Below are positions 47,627-56,058 of a DNA stretch of 64,000 bases, one piece after another (positions within the stretch are counted from its first letter, which is position 1; every line of letters begins with the position of its first letter). This DNA is from Myxococcota bacterium. Lineage in GTDB: Bacteria > Myxococcota_A > UBA9160 > UBA6930. The notes below the pieces were generated by a model. It made no database searches and was not told where the DNA came from. It saw only the letters and a program-made list of their open reading frames with translations. The stretch spans positions 2,656,001-2,720,000 of the forward strand of contig OZ245002.1 of assembly GCA_965223415.1 (NCBI GenBank), read 5' to 3'. Position numbers and translations under genes: made by a program.

Positions 47627-50416
47627 GTGCCGAGCCGGGTCGCGATCGCCGCCCTGTCGGCGGTGTTCTTCGTCTCCGGAGCGGCCGCGCTGATCTTCGA
47701 GAGCCTGTGGTTCCGCCAGGCCGGCCTCGCCTTCGGCAACAGCGTGTGGGCTTCGACGCTCGTGCTCTCGAGCTTCATGGCGGGGCTCGCCGCCGGGAAT
47801 GCCCTGGCGGTGCGTCGGGGTGACGCGATCCGCCACCCGGTGCGCTTCTACGCCGTCCTCGAGGTGACCGTCGCCCTGAGCGGCGCCCTGCTCGTCTTCG
47901 TGCTGCCGGACCTGGGCCGGGCCCTGGCACCGATACTCGGAACCCTGGACGACCAGCCGTTCCTGCTGAACGCCATCCGCTTCGGGCTGGGCTTCCTGCT
48001 GCTGGTGGCGCCGGCCACCGCGATGGGAGTGACCCTCCCGGTGCTGGTGAAGGCCCTGCGGGTCTGGGACCCGGACTTCGGCGCGGTGCTCGGACGCCTC
48101 TACGGCTTCAACACCCTGGGCGCGGTGCTCGGCGCCCTGGCGGCGGAGACCGTGCTGACCCGCTGGCTCGGCGTGCGCGGCACCTCCCTGGCGGCGGCGG
48201 GCCTGTACCTGGCGGCGGCGGCGGTGGCGCTCGCGATCCACCGGGCCTTCGCCACGCGCGGCGCGGCGCCGGCCGCCGGGCCGGGGACGGCGCCGGCGTC
48301 CGGAGCCGGCAGCCGGCTGCGCGCGGGGGCGCTGGCGGCGTCCAGCTTCCTGGCGGGCTTCGCGCTGCTGGCCTTCGAGGTGGTCTGGTTCCGCTTCGTG
48401 CGGCTCTTCATCGACCCGAACCCGCGGGCCTTCTCCCTGATGCTGGCCGTCGTGCTCTCGGGCATCGGCCTGGGCGGCTTCCTGGCGGGCCTCGTCCTGC
48501 GGCGCTTCCCGCGAGCCGACCGCCACGCAGCGGCCCTGGCCTGTGCGAGCGGAGCGATCGCGGTCCTGCTGTACGCGAGCTTCGACCGCGCGTTGGCCCC
48601 CTACGAGCAGGTCTACATCCAGGGAGTGAGCGGCGTCCTCTGGCTCTCGACGCTCCTGATGCTGCCGGTGTCGGTGCTCTCGGGCGTGCTCTTCACCTTC
48701 ACCGGCTCGGCCCTGCACCGGGAGGTCGAGAGCGACGTCGGCGCCACGGGCCTCTTGGCCTTCGCGAACACCGTGGGCGGCATGCTGGGGTCCATCGCCG
48801 GCGCGTTCCTTCTGCTCCCCTTTCTCGGCATGGAGGGCTCCTTCTTCGTGTTGGGCGCCAGCTACGCCCTGGTGGCAGCGCTCCTGCTGGCGGCACGCAG
48901 CAGCGGCTCCGCCCTCTGGGTCCACGGTCTGCGCGGCGTAGCGGCGGCCGGGCTCGCGGCAGCGCTCCTGGCCTTCCCCTTCGGGGCGATGCGCGACCAC
49001 TACCTGACGATCCTGGCCGGGCGCTACGGCTACCCGGACTACTCGACCATCGAAGGCGTGCGGGAGGGACGCTCGGAGACGGTGATGTACCTGCGCACCG
49101 AGAGCCCGAAGGAGCCCGCCTATCGCCGGCTGGTGACCGGATCGTTCAGCATGGCGTCGAACCAGGTGCTCGATCGGCGCTACATGAAGCTCTTCGTCTA
49201 CTGGCCCCTGGCGCTGCGGCCCCAGAGCGAGCGTGCGCTGCTCATCAGCTACGGCATCGGCAGCACCGCCAAGGCGCTCACGGACAGCGCGGGCCTCGAG
49301 CACATCGACGTGATCGACATCTCCCGCGAGGTGACGGAGATGAGCGATCTGGCCTTCGCGGAGACGAAGGGCCATCCGCTGCGCGATCCGCGGGTGGCGC
49401 TGCACATCGAGGATGGGCGCTACTTCCTGCAGGCCACCGAGCACCGCTACGACCTGATCACCAGCGAGCCGCCGCCGCCCAAGCACGCAGGGGTCGTGAA
49501 CCTCTACACCCGCGAGTACTTCCAGCTGATGCACGACCGGCTCGCCGAGGGAGGAATCAACACCTACTGGCTTCCGGTCCACCTGCTCCGGGGGGAGGAG
49601 ACCCGTGCGATCATCCGCGCCTACTGCGACGTCTTCGAGAACTGCTCGCTGTGGGGAGGCTTCGGCTACAGCTGGATGCTGGTCGGGACGAACGGGCCGC
49701 TCGGCGGCGTCTCGGAGGAAGCGTTCTCCGCCCAGTGGCGGGATCCGGCGGTGGTGGACGAGCTGCGCACCCTCGGCGTCGAGCTCCCGGAGCAGCTCGG
49801 CGCCCTGTTCATGGCCGACGCGCCCGCCCTGAACGCGATGACGGAAGGAACACCGCCGGTCACCGACGACTTCCCGAAGCGTCTCGGCGACGACGCCACC
49901 GTGCCCGAGGACTTCGCCTGGTATCTGAGCCTGATGCGGCCCGACGCGAATCGTCGGGCGTTCGCCCGGAGCGGGCTGATCCGCGAGGCCTGGCCCGCGG
50001 CCCTGCGCGAGCGGAGCCTCCCCTACTTCGCCTTCCAGGAGATGATCGACGTCCAGCTGGGCATGCGGCGCGAGCCCCTGCCGATCGACGAGCGGATCCC
50101 GCTCCTCCATCGCATCCAGCGGGACACCCCGCTCGAGACCCTCGTTCTCTGGCACCTGGGCGTCCTCAGCGGACGCGACGACCGCCCCGCTCCGGCCGCC
50201 CGCGCGGCCCTCGCCCTCGCCCGCCGCGACTTCCCCGCCGCCCGCGCTTACTACACCCAGGCCCTGCGCCTCTCTCCCGACGACACCGACTTCGCCCGCC
50301 TCGCCTCCTACGCCCTGTGCATGGAAGGCGGACTCGCCGCCCTCGGCCTGCCCCCCTCCCAGTGCAACGAGCTCCCCCGCCTGTCCGAACGCACGCAGGG
50401 GGGCGGACGTTCCTGA
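47627..50416 (+). CDS. Fused MFS-like / spermidine-synthase-like SAM-dependent transferase
   Basis: VSGAAALIFESLW, LYGFNTLGA, SYGIGST, IEDGR and ITSEPPP...LYTREYF motifs. Confidence 0.88.
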   Translation: MPSRVAIAALSAVFFVSGAAALIFESLWFRQAGLAFGNSVWASTLVLSSFMAGLAAGNALAVRRGDAIRHPVRFYAVLEVTVALSGALLVFVLPDLGRALAPILGTLDDQPFLLNAIRFGLGFLLLVAPATAMGVTLPVLVKALRVWDPDFGAVLGRLYGFNTLGAVLGALAAETVLTRWLGVRGTSLAAAGLYLAAAAVALAIHRAFATRGAAPAAGPGTAPASGAGSRLRAGALAASSFLAGFALLAFEVVWFRFVRLFIDPNPRAFSLMLAVVLSGIGLGGFLAGLVLRRFPRADRHAAALACASGAIAVLLYASFDRALAPYEQVYIQGVSGVLWLSTLLMLPVSVLSGVLFTFTGSALHREVESDVGATGLLAFANTVGGMLGSIAGAFLLLPFLGMEGSFFVLGASYALVAALLLAARSSGSALWVHGLRGVAAAGLAAALLAFPFGAMRDHYLTILAGRYGYPDYSTIEGVREGRSETVMYLRTESPKEPAYRRLVTGSFSMASNQVLDRRYMKLFVYWPLALRPQSERALLISYGIGSTAKALTDSAGLEHIDVIDISREVTEMSDLAFAETKGHPLRDPRVALHIEDGRYFLQATEHRYDLITSEPPPPKHAGVVNLYTREYFQLMHDRLAEGGINTYWLPVHLLRGEETRAIIRAYCDVFENCSLWGGFGYSWMLVGTNGPLGGVSEEAFSAQWRDPAVVDELRTLGVELPEQLGALFMADAPALNAMTEGTPPVTDDFPKRLGDDATVPEDFAWYLSLMRPDANRRAFARSGLIREAWPAALRERSLPYFAFQEMIDVQLGMRREPLPIDERIPLLHRIQRDTPLETLVLWHLGVLSGRDDRPAPAARAALALARRDFPAARAYYTQALRLSPDDTDFARLASYALCMEGGLAALGLPPSQCNELPRLSERTQGGGRS

Positions 50417-50447
50417 ACGCGACACGGTGTTGCGCTCAGGAACCTCC
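50405..50447. repeat. Imperfect inverted repeat (21-bp arms, 3 mismatches)
   Basis: ggacgttcctgaacgcgacac-g-gtgttgcgctcaggaacctcc. Contains both convergent stop codons and shares GGACGTTCCT with 55985-56058. Confidence 0.7.
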
Positions 50448-51599
50448 CGCGTGCCCTGCGGCGGTGGCGACGGCGTGGAGGGAGACGTCGAGGCGGACCG
50501 AGCTGCCTCGTTGCCGCGCGGCCAGAACGGCGACGGCGGCGTGCAGGCCGGCGACGGGGTCGGCGACGGCGTCGGCCACGAAGAGGGGCGCGCCGGCGAC
50601 GTGCCAGACGAGGCCAGCGGCGGCGGCGACGTCGTCGCCGAAGCCCACCCAGTGGCGCTGGGGCTCGCCGAGGCCGTAGGCGGTGAGGCTGAGCCACACA
50701 CGCCCCGGCCGGTGCCGGATCCAGGCGGCCGCGTCGATGCCGAGCTGCTCCAGGGCGCGGGGGCGGGAGGCTTCGATGACGACGTCGGCATCGGCCAGCA
50801 GGTCTTCGAGTGCGGCGCGGCCCTCGCGGGACGCGAAGTCGAGAGCGACGTACTGCTTGCCCGCGTTCATCCGCTCGAAGAACGCCGGCGGCCCGACCCG
50901 CGCACCGTCCGGCCGGGCCCGGGACTCGACCCTCACGACGGTGGCACCGCAGGCCCGAAGCAGCCGCCCGCACAGGGGACCGGCCCAGAGCGACGAGAGG
51001 TCCACGACCCGGGGCGCCCGAGAGGCCGGCGGACCCTCGGGCCCGCGGTCGTCGACCCGCCGCCAGGCCGGCGCCACCGCGGACCCCGGCCGCGTGGGCG
51101 CCACGGCCAGGCCGAGCAGACGCGCCCGATCGGCGGCTTCCCCCGCCGGCCAGCTCGCCAGGGCTCCTGCGACGACGCGCCACGGGTCCTCGCCCACGTC
51201 GACGCCGAGCCAGGCGGGCAGGGCGCGGAGGTCGTCCGGCCGGGGGAGGTTCACGGCGAGCCAGCCGTCCGACGCCTCGAGCAGGCGGCAGCTTCCCCCC
51301 GGTGAGATGCGCCCGCGGCGACGAAGCCCGGCGATGGCCGCGCGTTCTCCGAGCAGCCCCGCGCCGTCGATCCCGCGGAGGCCGGCGCCGGGTGCCAGCG
51401 CGCGCAGCACGTCGAAGGCGCCGTCCATGCAGCTCGGGAGCGGAACGTCGGGGAGGAGCGCCGGCCCGTCCGGCCAGCCGGTGAGCTCCTGCACACCCGA
51501 GCGCGCCCAGGCCGCCGCCGTGCTCGGCTCCGCCACGACCGGGGGCACCCCCGCCAGCTCGAGATCCGCCCACAGCCGCCGGGCCCAGGCCGCCCTCAC
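50436..51599 (-). CDS. CoA-transferase family III (CaiB/BaiF)-like protein
   Basis: VVDLSSLWAGP, NAGK, ADVVIEASRP and GFGDD motifs. GTGA overlap with the upstream crotonase. Confidence 0.82.
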   Translation of the reverse strand: MRAAWARRLWADLELAGVPPVVAEPSTAAAWARSGVQELTGWPDGPALLPDVPLPSCMDGAFDVLRALAPGAGLRGIDGAGLLGERAAIAGLRRRGRISPGGSCRLLEASDGWLAVNLPRPDDLRALPAWLGVDVGEDPWRVVAGALASWPAGEAADRARLLGLAVAPTRPGSAVAPAWRRVDDRGPEGPPASRAPRVVDLSSLWAGPLCGRLLRACGATVVRVESRARPDGARVGPPAFFERMNAGKQYVALDFASREGRAALEDLLADADVVIEASRPRALEQLGIDAAAWIRHRPGRVWLSLTAYGLGEPQRHWVGFGDDVAAAAGLVWHVAGAPLFVADAVADPVAGLHAAVAVLAARQRGSSVRLDVSLHAVATAAGHAGGS

Positions 51600-52600
51600 G
51601 CGCGGATCTCGTCCACGAGCCCCCAGCGCGAAGCCTCGGCGGCCGTCACGCGCTGGCCACACAGCGCCATCCACGCCGTCCGCTGCCGCCCGATCCGTCG
51701 CGGCAGGCTGACCGTGCCACCGGCGCCGGGGACGAGCCCCATCGCCAGCTCGGGCAGCAGGAAGAAGGCATCCTCCCGCGCGCTCACCCGGGCGCAGAAG
51801 GCGGGCAGCTCGGCGCCGGCCCCGACGCAGGCGCCGTGGACGAAGGCGTGCACCCGCCCGGCCACGGCGGCGAGCAGGCGACCCGGGTTGCGCGTCGCGC
51901 GGATGGCGTGGGCGGTGGCGGGATCGGGCAGCGTGCCGAACTCGTCCAGGTCGCCGCCGCTCGAGAAGGACGGGCCGGCGCCGCGCAGCTCCACCGCGCG
52001 CACGCTCGGATCCTGGTGCACCAGGGCCAGCCCTTCGCACAGGGCGTCGCGCATCGCTGCCGAGAAGGCGTTGCGCTTCTCCGGCCGGTTCAGCGTCAGC
52101 GTGAGCCGATGGCCCTCCCGCTCGGCGCGCACCGCGGGCTCGCGACTCTCCTCGCCGACCTTCGGCTCGCGGCCCGCGAGCCACGCCGTGAACTCCGGCC
52201 CGGATTGGAGCGTGGAGTAGACCCACGACTCCGCCATCAGCCCCTCGTGAACGCTCCGCCCCTCGGAGTGGCGGAGCAGCTGCACCAGCGCGAGAGCCGC
52301 GAGGGGGGTGCGCGTCGTGACCGCGCGCAGGCGCGCCAGGTCGGAAGCCTCCCGGACGGTCACGTCGGCGGCCGCGGCGAGGGGATGCAGGGGGAGCGCG
52401 ACCTCGTCGCCGACCCAAGCGACGGTGACGGCTGGGAGCTGCCCCAGCCGCTGCGCCGCCGCCGCGACCGCGAGGCCCGGCGTCTCCTCGCGCAGGTCGA
52501 CCGCCAGGAGCGCTTCGCCGGTGAGGACCGACCAGCGCTCGAAGGCGTCGGGATCGGCGAGCTGCTCGACGAGCTCGCGGGGGGTGACGGCGTCAGCCAT
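51596..52600 (-). CDS. Enoyl-CoA hydratase/isomerase with N-terminal extension
   Basis: LNRPEKRNA, FSSGGDL, GACVGAG and PELAMGLVPGAGG motifs. Confidence 0.87.
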   Translation of the reverse strand: MADAVTPRELVEQLADPDAFERWSVLTGEALLAVDLREETPGLAVAAAAQRLGQLPAVTVAWVGDEVALPLHPLAAAADVTVREASDLARLRAVTTRTPLAALALVQLLRHSEGRSVHEGLMAESWVYSTLQSGPEFTAWLAGREPKVGEESREPAVRAEREGHRLTLTLNRPEKRNAFSAAMRDALCEGLALVHQDPSVRAVELRGAGPSFSSGGDLDEFGTLPDPATAHAIRATRNPGRLLAAVAGRVHAFVHGACVGAGAELPAFCARVSAREDAFFLLPELAMGLVPGAGGTVSLPRRIGRQRTAWMALCGQRVTAAEASRWGLVDEIRA

Positions 52601-52621
52601 GGACGAATGGTATCGCTCCCT

Positions 52622-53458
52622 TCATCGGCCGCGGGCGACGGCGAAGGAGCCGAGCAGAACGAGCGACGCGCCGATCCACGTCCCCGGCCCGGGAAGCTCG
52701 CCGAACAGGGCAGCCCCCCAGCCGGCGGCGAACACCACCTGGAGGTAGGAGAGCGCCGTCGCGCGGCCGGCGGGCTCGTGGGTCATGCCCCGCGTGAGGG
52801 CCACCTGGCCGACCTGGGCCGCCGCACCCACCCCGAGCAGCCACAGCCAATCGGCGCCGATCGGGAGCACCGGGTCCGCCAGCACGAAGGGCAGGGTGGC
52901 GGGCACGGTGACCATCGGGAAGTAGAGCACGATCACCAGGGGATGCTCGCTGCCGGAGAGCCGGCGCACGACGACGTAGGCGCAGCCGCTGAAGAACGCG
53001 CCGGCGATCGCCACGCCGACGGCGAAGGGATCGAGAGCGAGCCCCGGCCCGGAGTAGCCGGTGACCAGGAGGACGCCGGCGAAGGAGATCGCCACGCCGA
53101 GGGCCAGGCCGCGCCCGATCGACTCGCCCAGCAGCCGCAAGGCGAGGAGCGCCGTGAAGAGCGGGTGCAGGTACTGGAGCACCGTCGCCTCGGCGAGGGG
53201 CAGGTGGCCGATCGCGTAGAAGACGCAGTGGAGTCCGGCGAAGCCGAGCAGACCGCGCAGAATCAGCAGGCCCCGGCTCCGGCCGAGCGGCGCCACTCCC
53301 GCCCAGCGCAGGCCTGCAGCGGAGAGGGCGATGGAGATCAGCGCGCGGGCCAGCACGATCTCGGCGGTAGGCAGGCGCACGCTCGCCTGCTTCACGCACA
53401 CCGCCATCGCGCTGAAGGCGAGCGCCGAGAGGATCATGTACCGCACGCCCGGGCGCAT
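52622..53458 (-). CDS. DMT/EamA family transporter
   Basis: About 10 TM segments with LILRGLLG, LPLAEAT and FGELP. ATG at 53458. Confidence 0.88.
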   Translation of the reverse strand: MRPGVRYMILSALAFSAMAVCVKQASVRLPTAEIVLARALISIALSAAGLRWAGVAPLGRSRGLLILRGLLGFAGLHCVFYAIGHLPLAEATVLQYLHPLFTALLALRLLGESIGRGLALGVAISFAGVLLVTGYSGPGLALDPFAVGVAIAGAFFSGCAYVVVRRLSGSEHPLVIVLYFPMVTVPATLPFVLADPVLPIGADWLWLLGVGAAAQVGQVALTRGMTHEPAGRATALSYLQVVFAAGWGAALFGELPGPGTWIGASLVLLGSFAVARGR

Positions 53459-53503
53459 CTCGTGGCGGCCTAGAGTAACGTGACCCGCGGAGGAGGACCG
53501 GCC

Positions 53504-54340
53504 ATGGCCTACGACTACGAACGGCTGCACGTGAAGCTGGAAGACGGCGTCGCCTGGGCCACGATCGACAACCCGCCGATCAACGTGATGACCCTCCCGC
53601 TCTTCGGCGACCTGGCGCGCTTCGCCGGCGAGGCGGCGGCCGACGACACGGTTCGCGCCGTGGTGCTTCGCAGCGACGAGCCCGACTTCTTCATCGCCCA
53701 CTTCGACGTGGAGGCGATCCTGCAGTTCCCGATCGACGCCCCCGCCGAGCGCGTCGGCAAGGTGGAGGAGAATCCCTTCCACGCGATGTGCGAGACCTTC
53801 CGCACGATGCCGAAGGCCACCATCGCCGAGATCGGCGGACGGGTCGGCGGCGGCGGCAGCGAGCTGGCCTCTTCCTGCGACATGCGCTTCGGCGCGCTCG
53901 GGCGGACGGTGATCAACCAGCCCGAGGTGGCGCTGGGCATCCTGCCCGGCGGCTCCGGCACCCAGCGGCTTCCGCGGCTGCTCGGGCGCGGCCGCGCCCT
54001 CGAGGTGATCCTCGGCTGCGACGACCTGGATGCGGAGACCGCGGAGCGCTGGGGATACCTGAACCGGGCGCTGCCTCCGGAGGAGCTGCGGCCCTTCGTC
54101 GACCGGCTCGCCCGGCGCATCGCGAGCTTCCCGGCGGAGGCGATCGCGGCGGCGAAGCGGTCCATCGTGCAGGCCGACGTCGGCCTCGGGGCCGGGCTGA
54201 TCGAGGAGGGCTTCCTCTTCCAGGGGCTGCTTCGCTCCGAGCCGGCCCCGCGGCTCATGCAGCGCTTCATGGAGCGCGGCGGCCAGACCCGCGAGGGCGA
54301 GCTGCGCCTCGGGGCCCTGTGCACCGAAGTCGCCGACTAG
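53504..54340 (+). CDS. Enoyl-CoA hydratase/isomerase
   Basis: DNPPIN, FFIAHFD, GGGGSE and QPEVALGILPGG motifs. GGAGG SD. Confidence 0.9.
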   Translation: MAYDYERLHVKLEDGVAWATIDNPPINVMTLPLFGDLARFAGEAAADDTVRAVVLRSDEPDFFIAHFDVEAILQFPIDAPAERVGKVEENPFHAMCETFRTMPKATIAEIGGRVGGGGSELASSCDMRFGALGRTVINQPEVALGILPGGSGTQRLPRLLGRGRALEVILGCDDLDAETAERWGYLNRALPPEELRPFVDRLARRIASFPAEAIAAAKRSIVQADVGLGAGLIEEGFLFQGLLRSEPAPRLMQRFMERGGQTREGELRLGALCTEVAD

Positions 54341-54378
54341 CATCGAACGGACACGCGCAACCATCGAGAGGAGGATTC

Positions 54379-55155
54379 GTGGGACGCCTCGACGGCAAGA
54401 CGGCACTGATCACCGGCGCGGCCTCGGGCATCGGCGCCGCCTGCGCCCTGCGCTTCGCCGAAGAAGGGGCGAGCGTCGCCGGGCTCGATCTCCAGGAGCC
54501 CGTGGACGCGGCGTCCTGGGCCGCGGTGGAGAAACGCGCGCCGGAGGCGCTATTCCGCAGCGGCCTCGACGTGCGCGACGAGGCCAGCGTTCGGGAGGCG
54601 GTGGAGGCGGTGCGCGAGCGTCTGGGCCGCGTCGACGTCCTCGTCAACGCCGCCGGCGTAGGGGGCTTCTCCCAGGCGCACCTCTGCGACGAGGCGGAGT
54701 GGGACCAGACCGTCGACATCAACCTCAAGGGCTCGTGGCTGGTGAGCAAGCACGTGCTCCCGGCGATGATCGAGCAGCAGGCCGGCAGCATCGTGCACCT
54801 GGCCAGCGTCGAGGGCATCGAGGGGATGGGCGGCTCGCTGGCCTACAACGCCTCGAAGGGCGGTGTGGTGCTGATGACGAAGAACATGGCAATCGACTAC
54901 GCGAAGCTGGGCATTCGCGTGAACTGCCTGTGCCCGGGGTTGATCGACACGCCGCTCACCGCGCTGCTCAAGGATCCGGAGCTCGAGGCGGTGCGGGAGC
55001 GCATGCTGAGCTGGCACGCGATGGGTCGCGCCGGAGCGCCCGAGGAGGTCGCAGCCTGTGCGCTCTTCCTCGCTTCCGACGACGCCTCCTTCGTGACGGG
55101 CCACTCCCTGGTGGTCGACGGCGGCTGGACGGCGGGCCGGAGCAGCACGGGCTGA
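54379..55155 (+). CDS. SDR family oxidoreductase
   Basis: TGAASGIG, VNAAG, YNASK and VDGG motifs. GAGGAGG SD before the GTG. Confidence 0.92.
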   Translation: MGRLDGKTALITGAASGIGAACALRFAEEGASVAGLDLQEPVDAASWAAVEKRAPEALFRSGLDVRDEASVREAVEAVRERLGRVDVLVNAAGVGGFSQAHLCDEAEWDQTVDINLKGSWLVSKHVLPAMIEQQAGSIVHLASVEGIEGMGGSLAYNASKGGVVLMTKNMAIDYAKLGIRVNCLCPGLIDTPLTALLKDPELEAVRERMLSWHAMGRAGAPEEVAACALFLASDDASFVTGHSLVVDGGWTAGRSSTG

Positions 55156-55985
55156 AGGGGCTTCGCGCCGTTTTCGTCGCGCTCGCCCTGGGCGTCGTGG
55201 CCTGTGCGGGCACGGGGCCGGAGGGTGGTGCGACACCCGAGACGTCGCCCGCGGCGCCGAAGCCGGACCTGTTTCCCGAGCTCAGCGCCGACCTCGAGCG
55301 GCAGATGGCGGAGCGGCGGCGCGCGGCCCTGGCCCGCGGCGCGGAGCAGAAGGCCCGGGAGATCGATCCCTTCGCCGGGCAATCCGTGCAGAGCCGCCTC
55401 GAGGAGCTCGGCATCCCGACGGTCGGCGGCTGCGCGACGGAAGCCGGGACGCTTCGGCGCACCACCGCCCTGCGCAGCCATCGCCGCCTCGAGAGCCGGG
55501 ACTTCCGGATGGTCGACCCCGGCGAGCCGCTCGCCCGACGGGCGGTCCAGCCGGCGGTGTTCGTGAGCTGCACGCTCGAGCTGCTGGACGAGAACGCGCC
55601 GGGCGGCGGATTCGAGGTGCACGTGCGCAGCGCGCGCTTCGCCGCGTTCTTCGACGCGCCCCAGTCCTGGCTGCACCCGGAGTGGCGGGCCAACGCAACC
55701 GTGCTCGAGCACGCCCAGGCCCACTTCGACCTGGCCCATCTCCTGGCCCGCGAGGCCGACCGGACGCGTCACGGCTGGCGCCTCGTCGGCCGCGGCGAGA
55801 CTCCGGCCGCCGCGCGAGAGGATTTCGCCCTGCGCTGGTCCCACCTGCTCGGTCGCCTCCAGACCGAGCTGCGCCAGCTCGAATCCCAGCTCGATCGCGA
55901 GACCGCCCACGGCCAGGACCGGATCGCCCAGGCCCAGTGGACCCGCCGCATCACCGCCGGCCTCCCCGCCCTCCGCGCCCCCTGA
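55152..55985 (+). CDS. Lipoprotein with DUF922-like domain (possible CTG start)
   Basis: VVAC lipobox, VLEHAQAHFDLA and LDRETAHG...Q..W...I, resembling DUF922. Confidence 0.62.
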   Translation: MKGLRAVFVALALGVVACAGTGPEGGATPETSPAAPKPDLFPELSADLERQMAERRRAALARGAEQKAREIDPFAGQSVQSRLEELGIPTVGGCATEAGTLRRTTALRSHRRLESRDFRMVDPGEPLARRAVQPAVFVSCTLELLDENAPGGGFEVHVRSARFAAFFDAPQSWLHPEWRANATVLEHAQAHFDLAHLLAREADRTRHGWRLVGRGETPAAAREDFALRWSHLLGRLQTELRQLESQLDRETAHGQDRIAQAQWTRRITAGLPALRAP

Positions 55986-56058
55986 ACGCAAGAGTGGGGA
56001 CGTTCCTTGCATCTTGCGCAATTGCGCAAGATGCAAGGAACGTCCCCACTCTTGCGTT
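55985..56058. repeat. 74-bp perfect palindrome, REPIN-like
   Basis: aacgcaagagtggggacgttccttgcatcttgcgcaa|ttgcgcaagatgcaaggaacgtccccactcttgcgtt, lying between convergent stop codons. Confidence 0.92.

Noticed and set aside
22986..50416. Surface locus as a mobile genomic island or prophage
   Set aside because: No integrase, transposase, tRNA, att repeats, phage genes or evident compositional shift.
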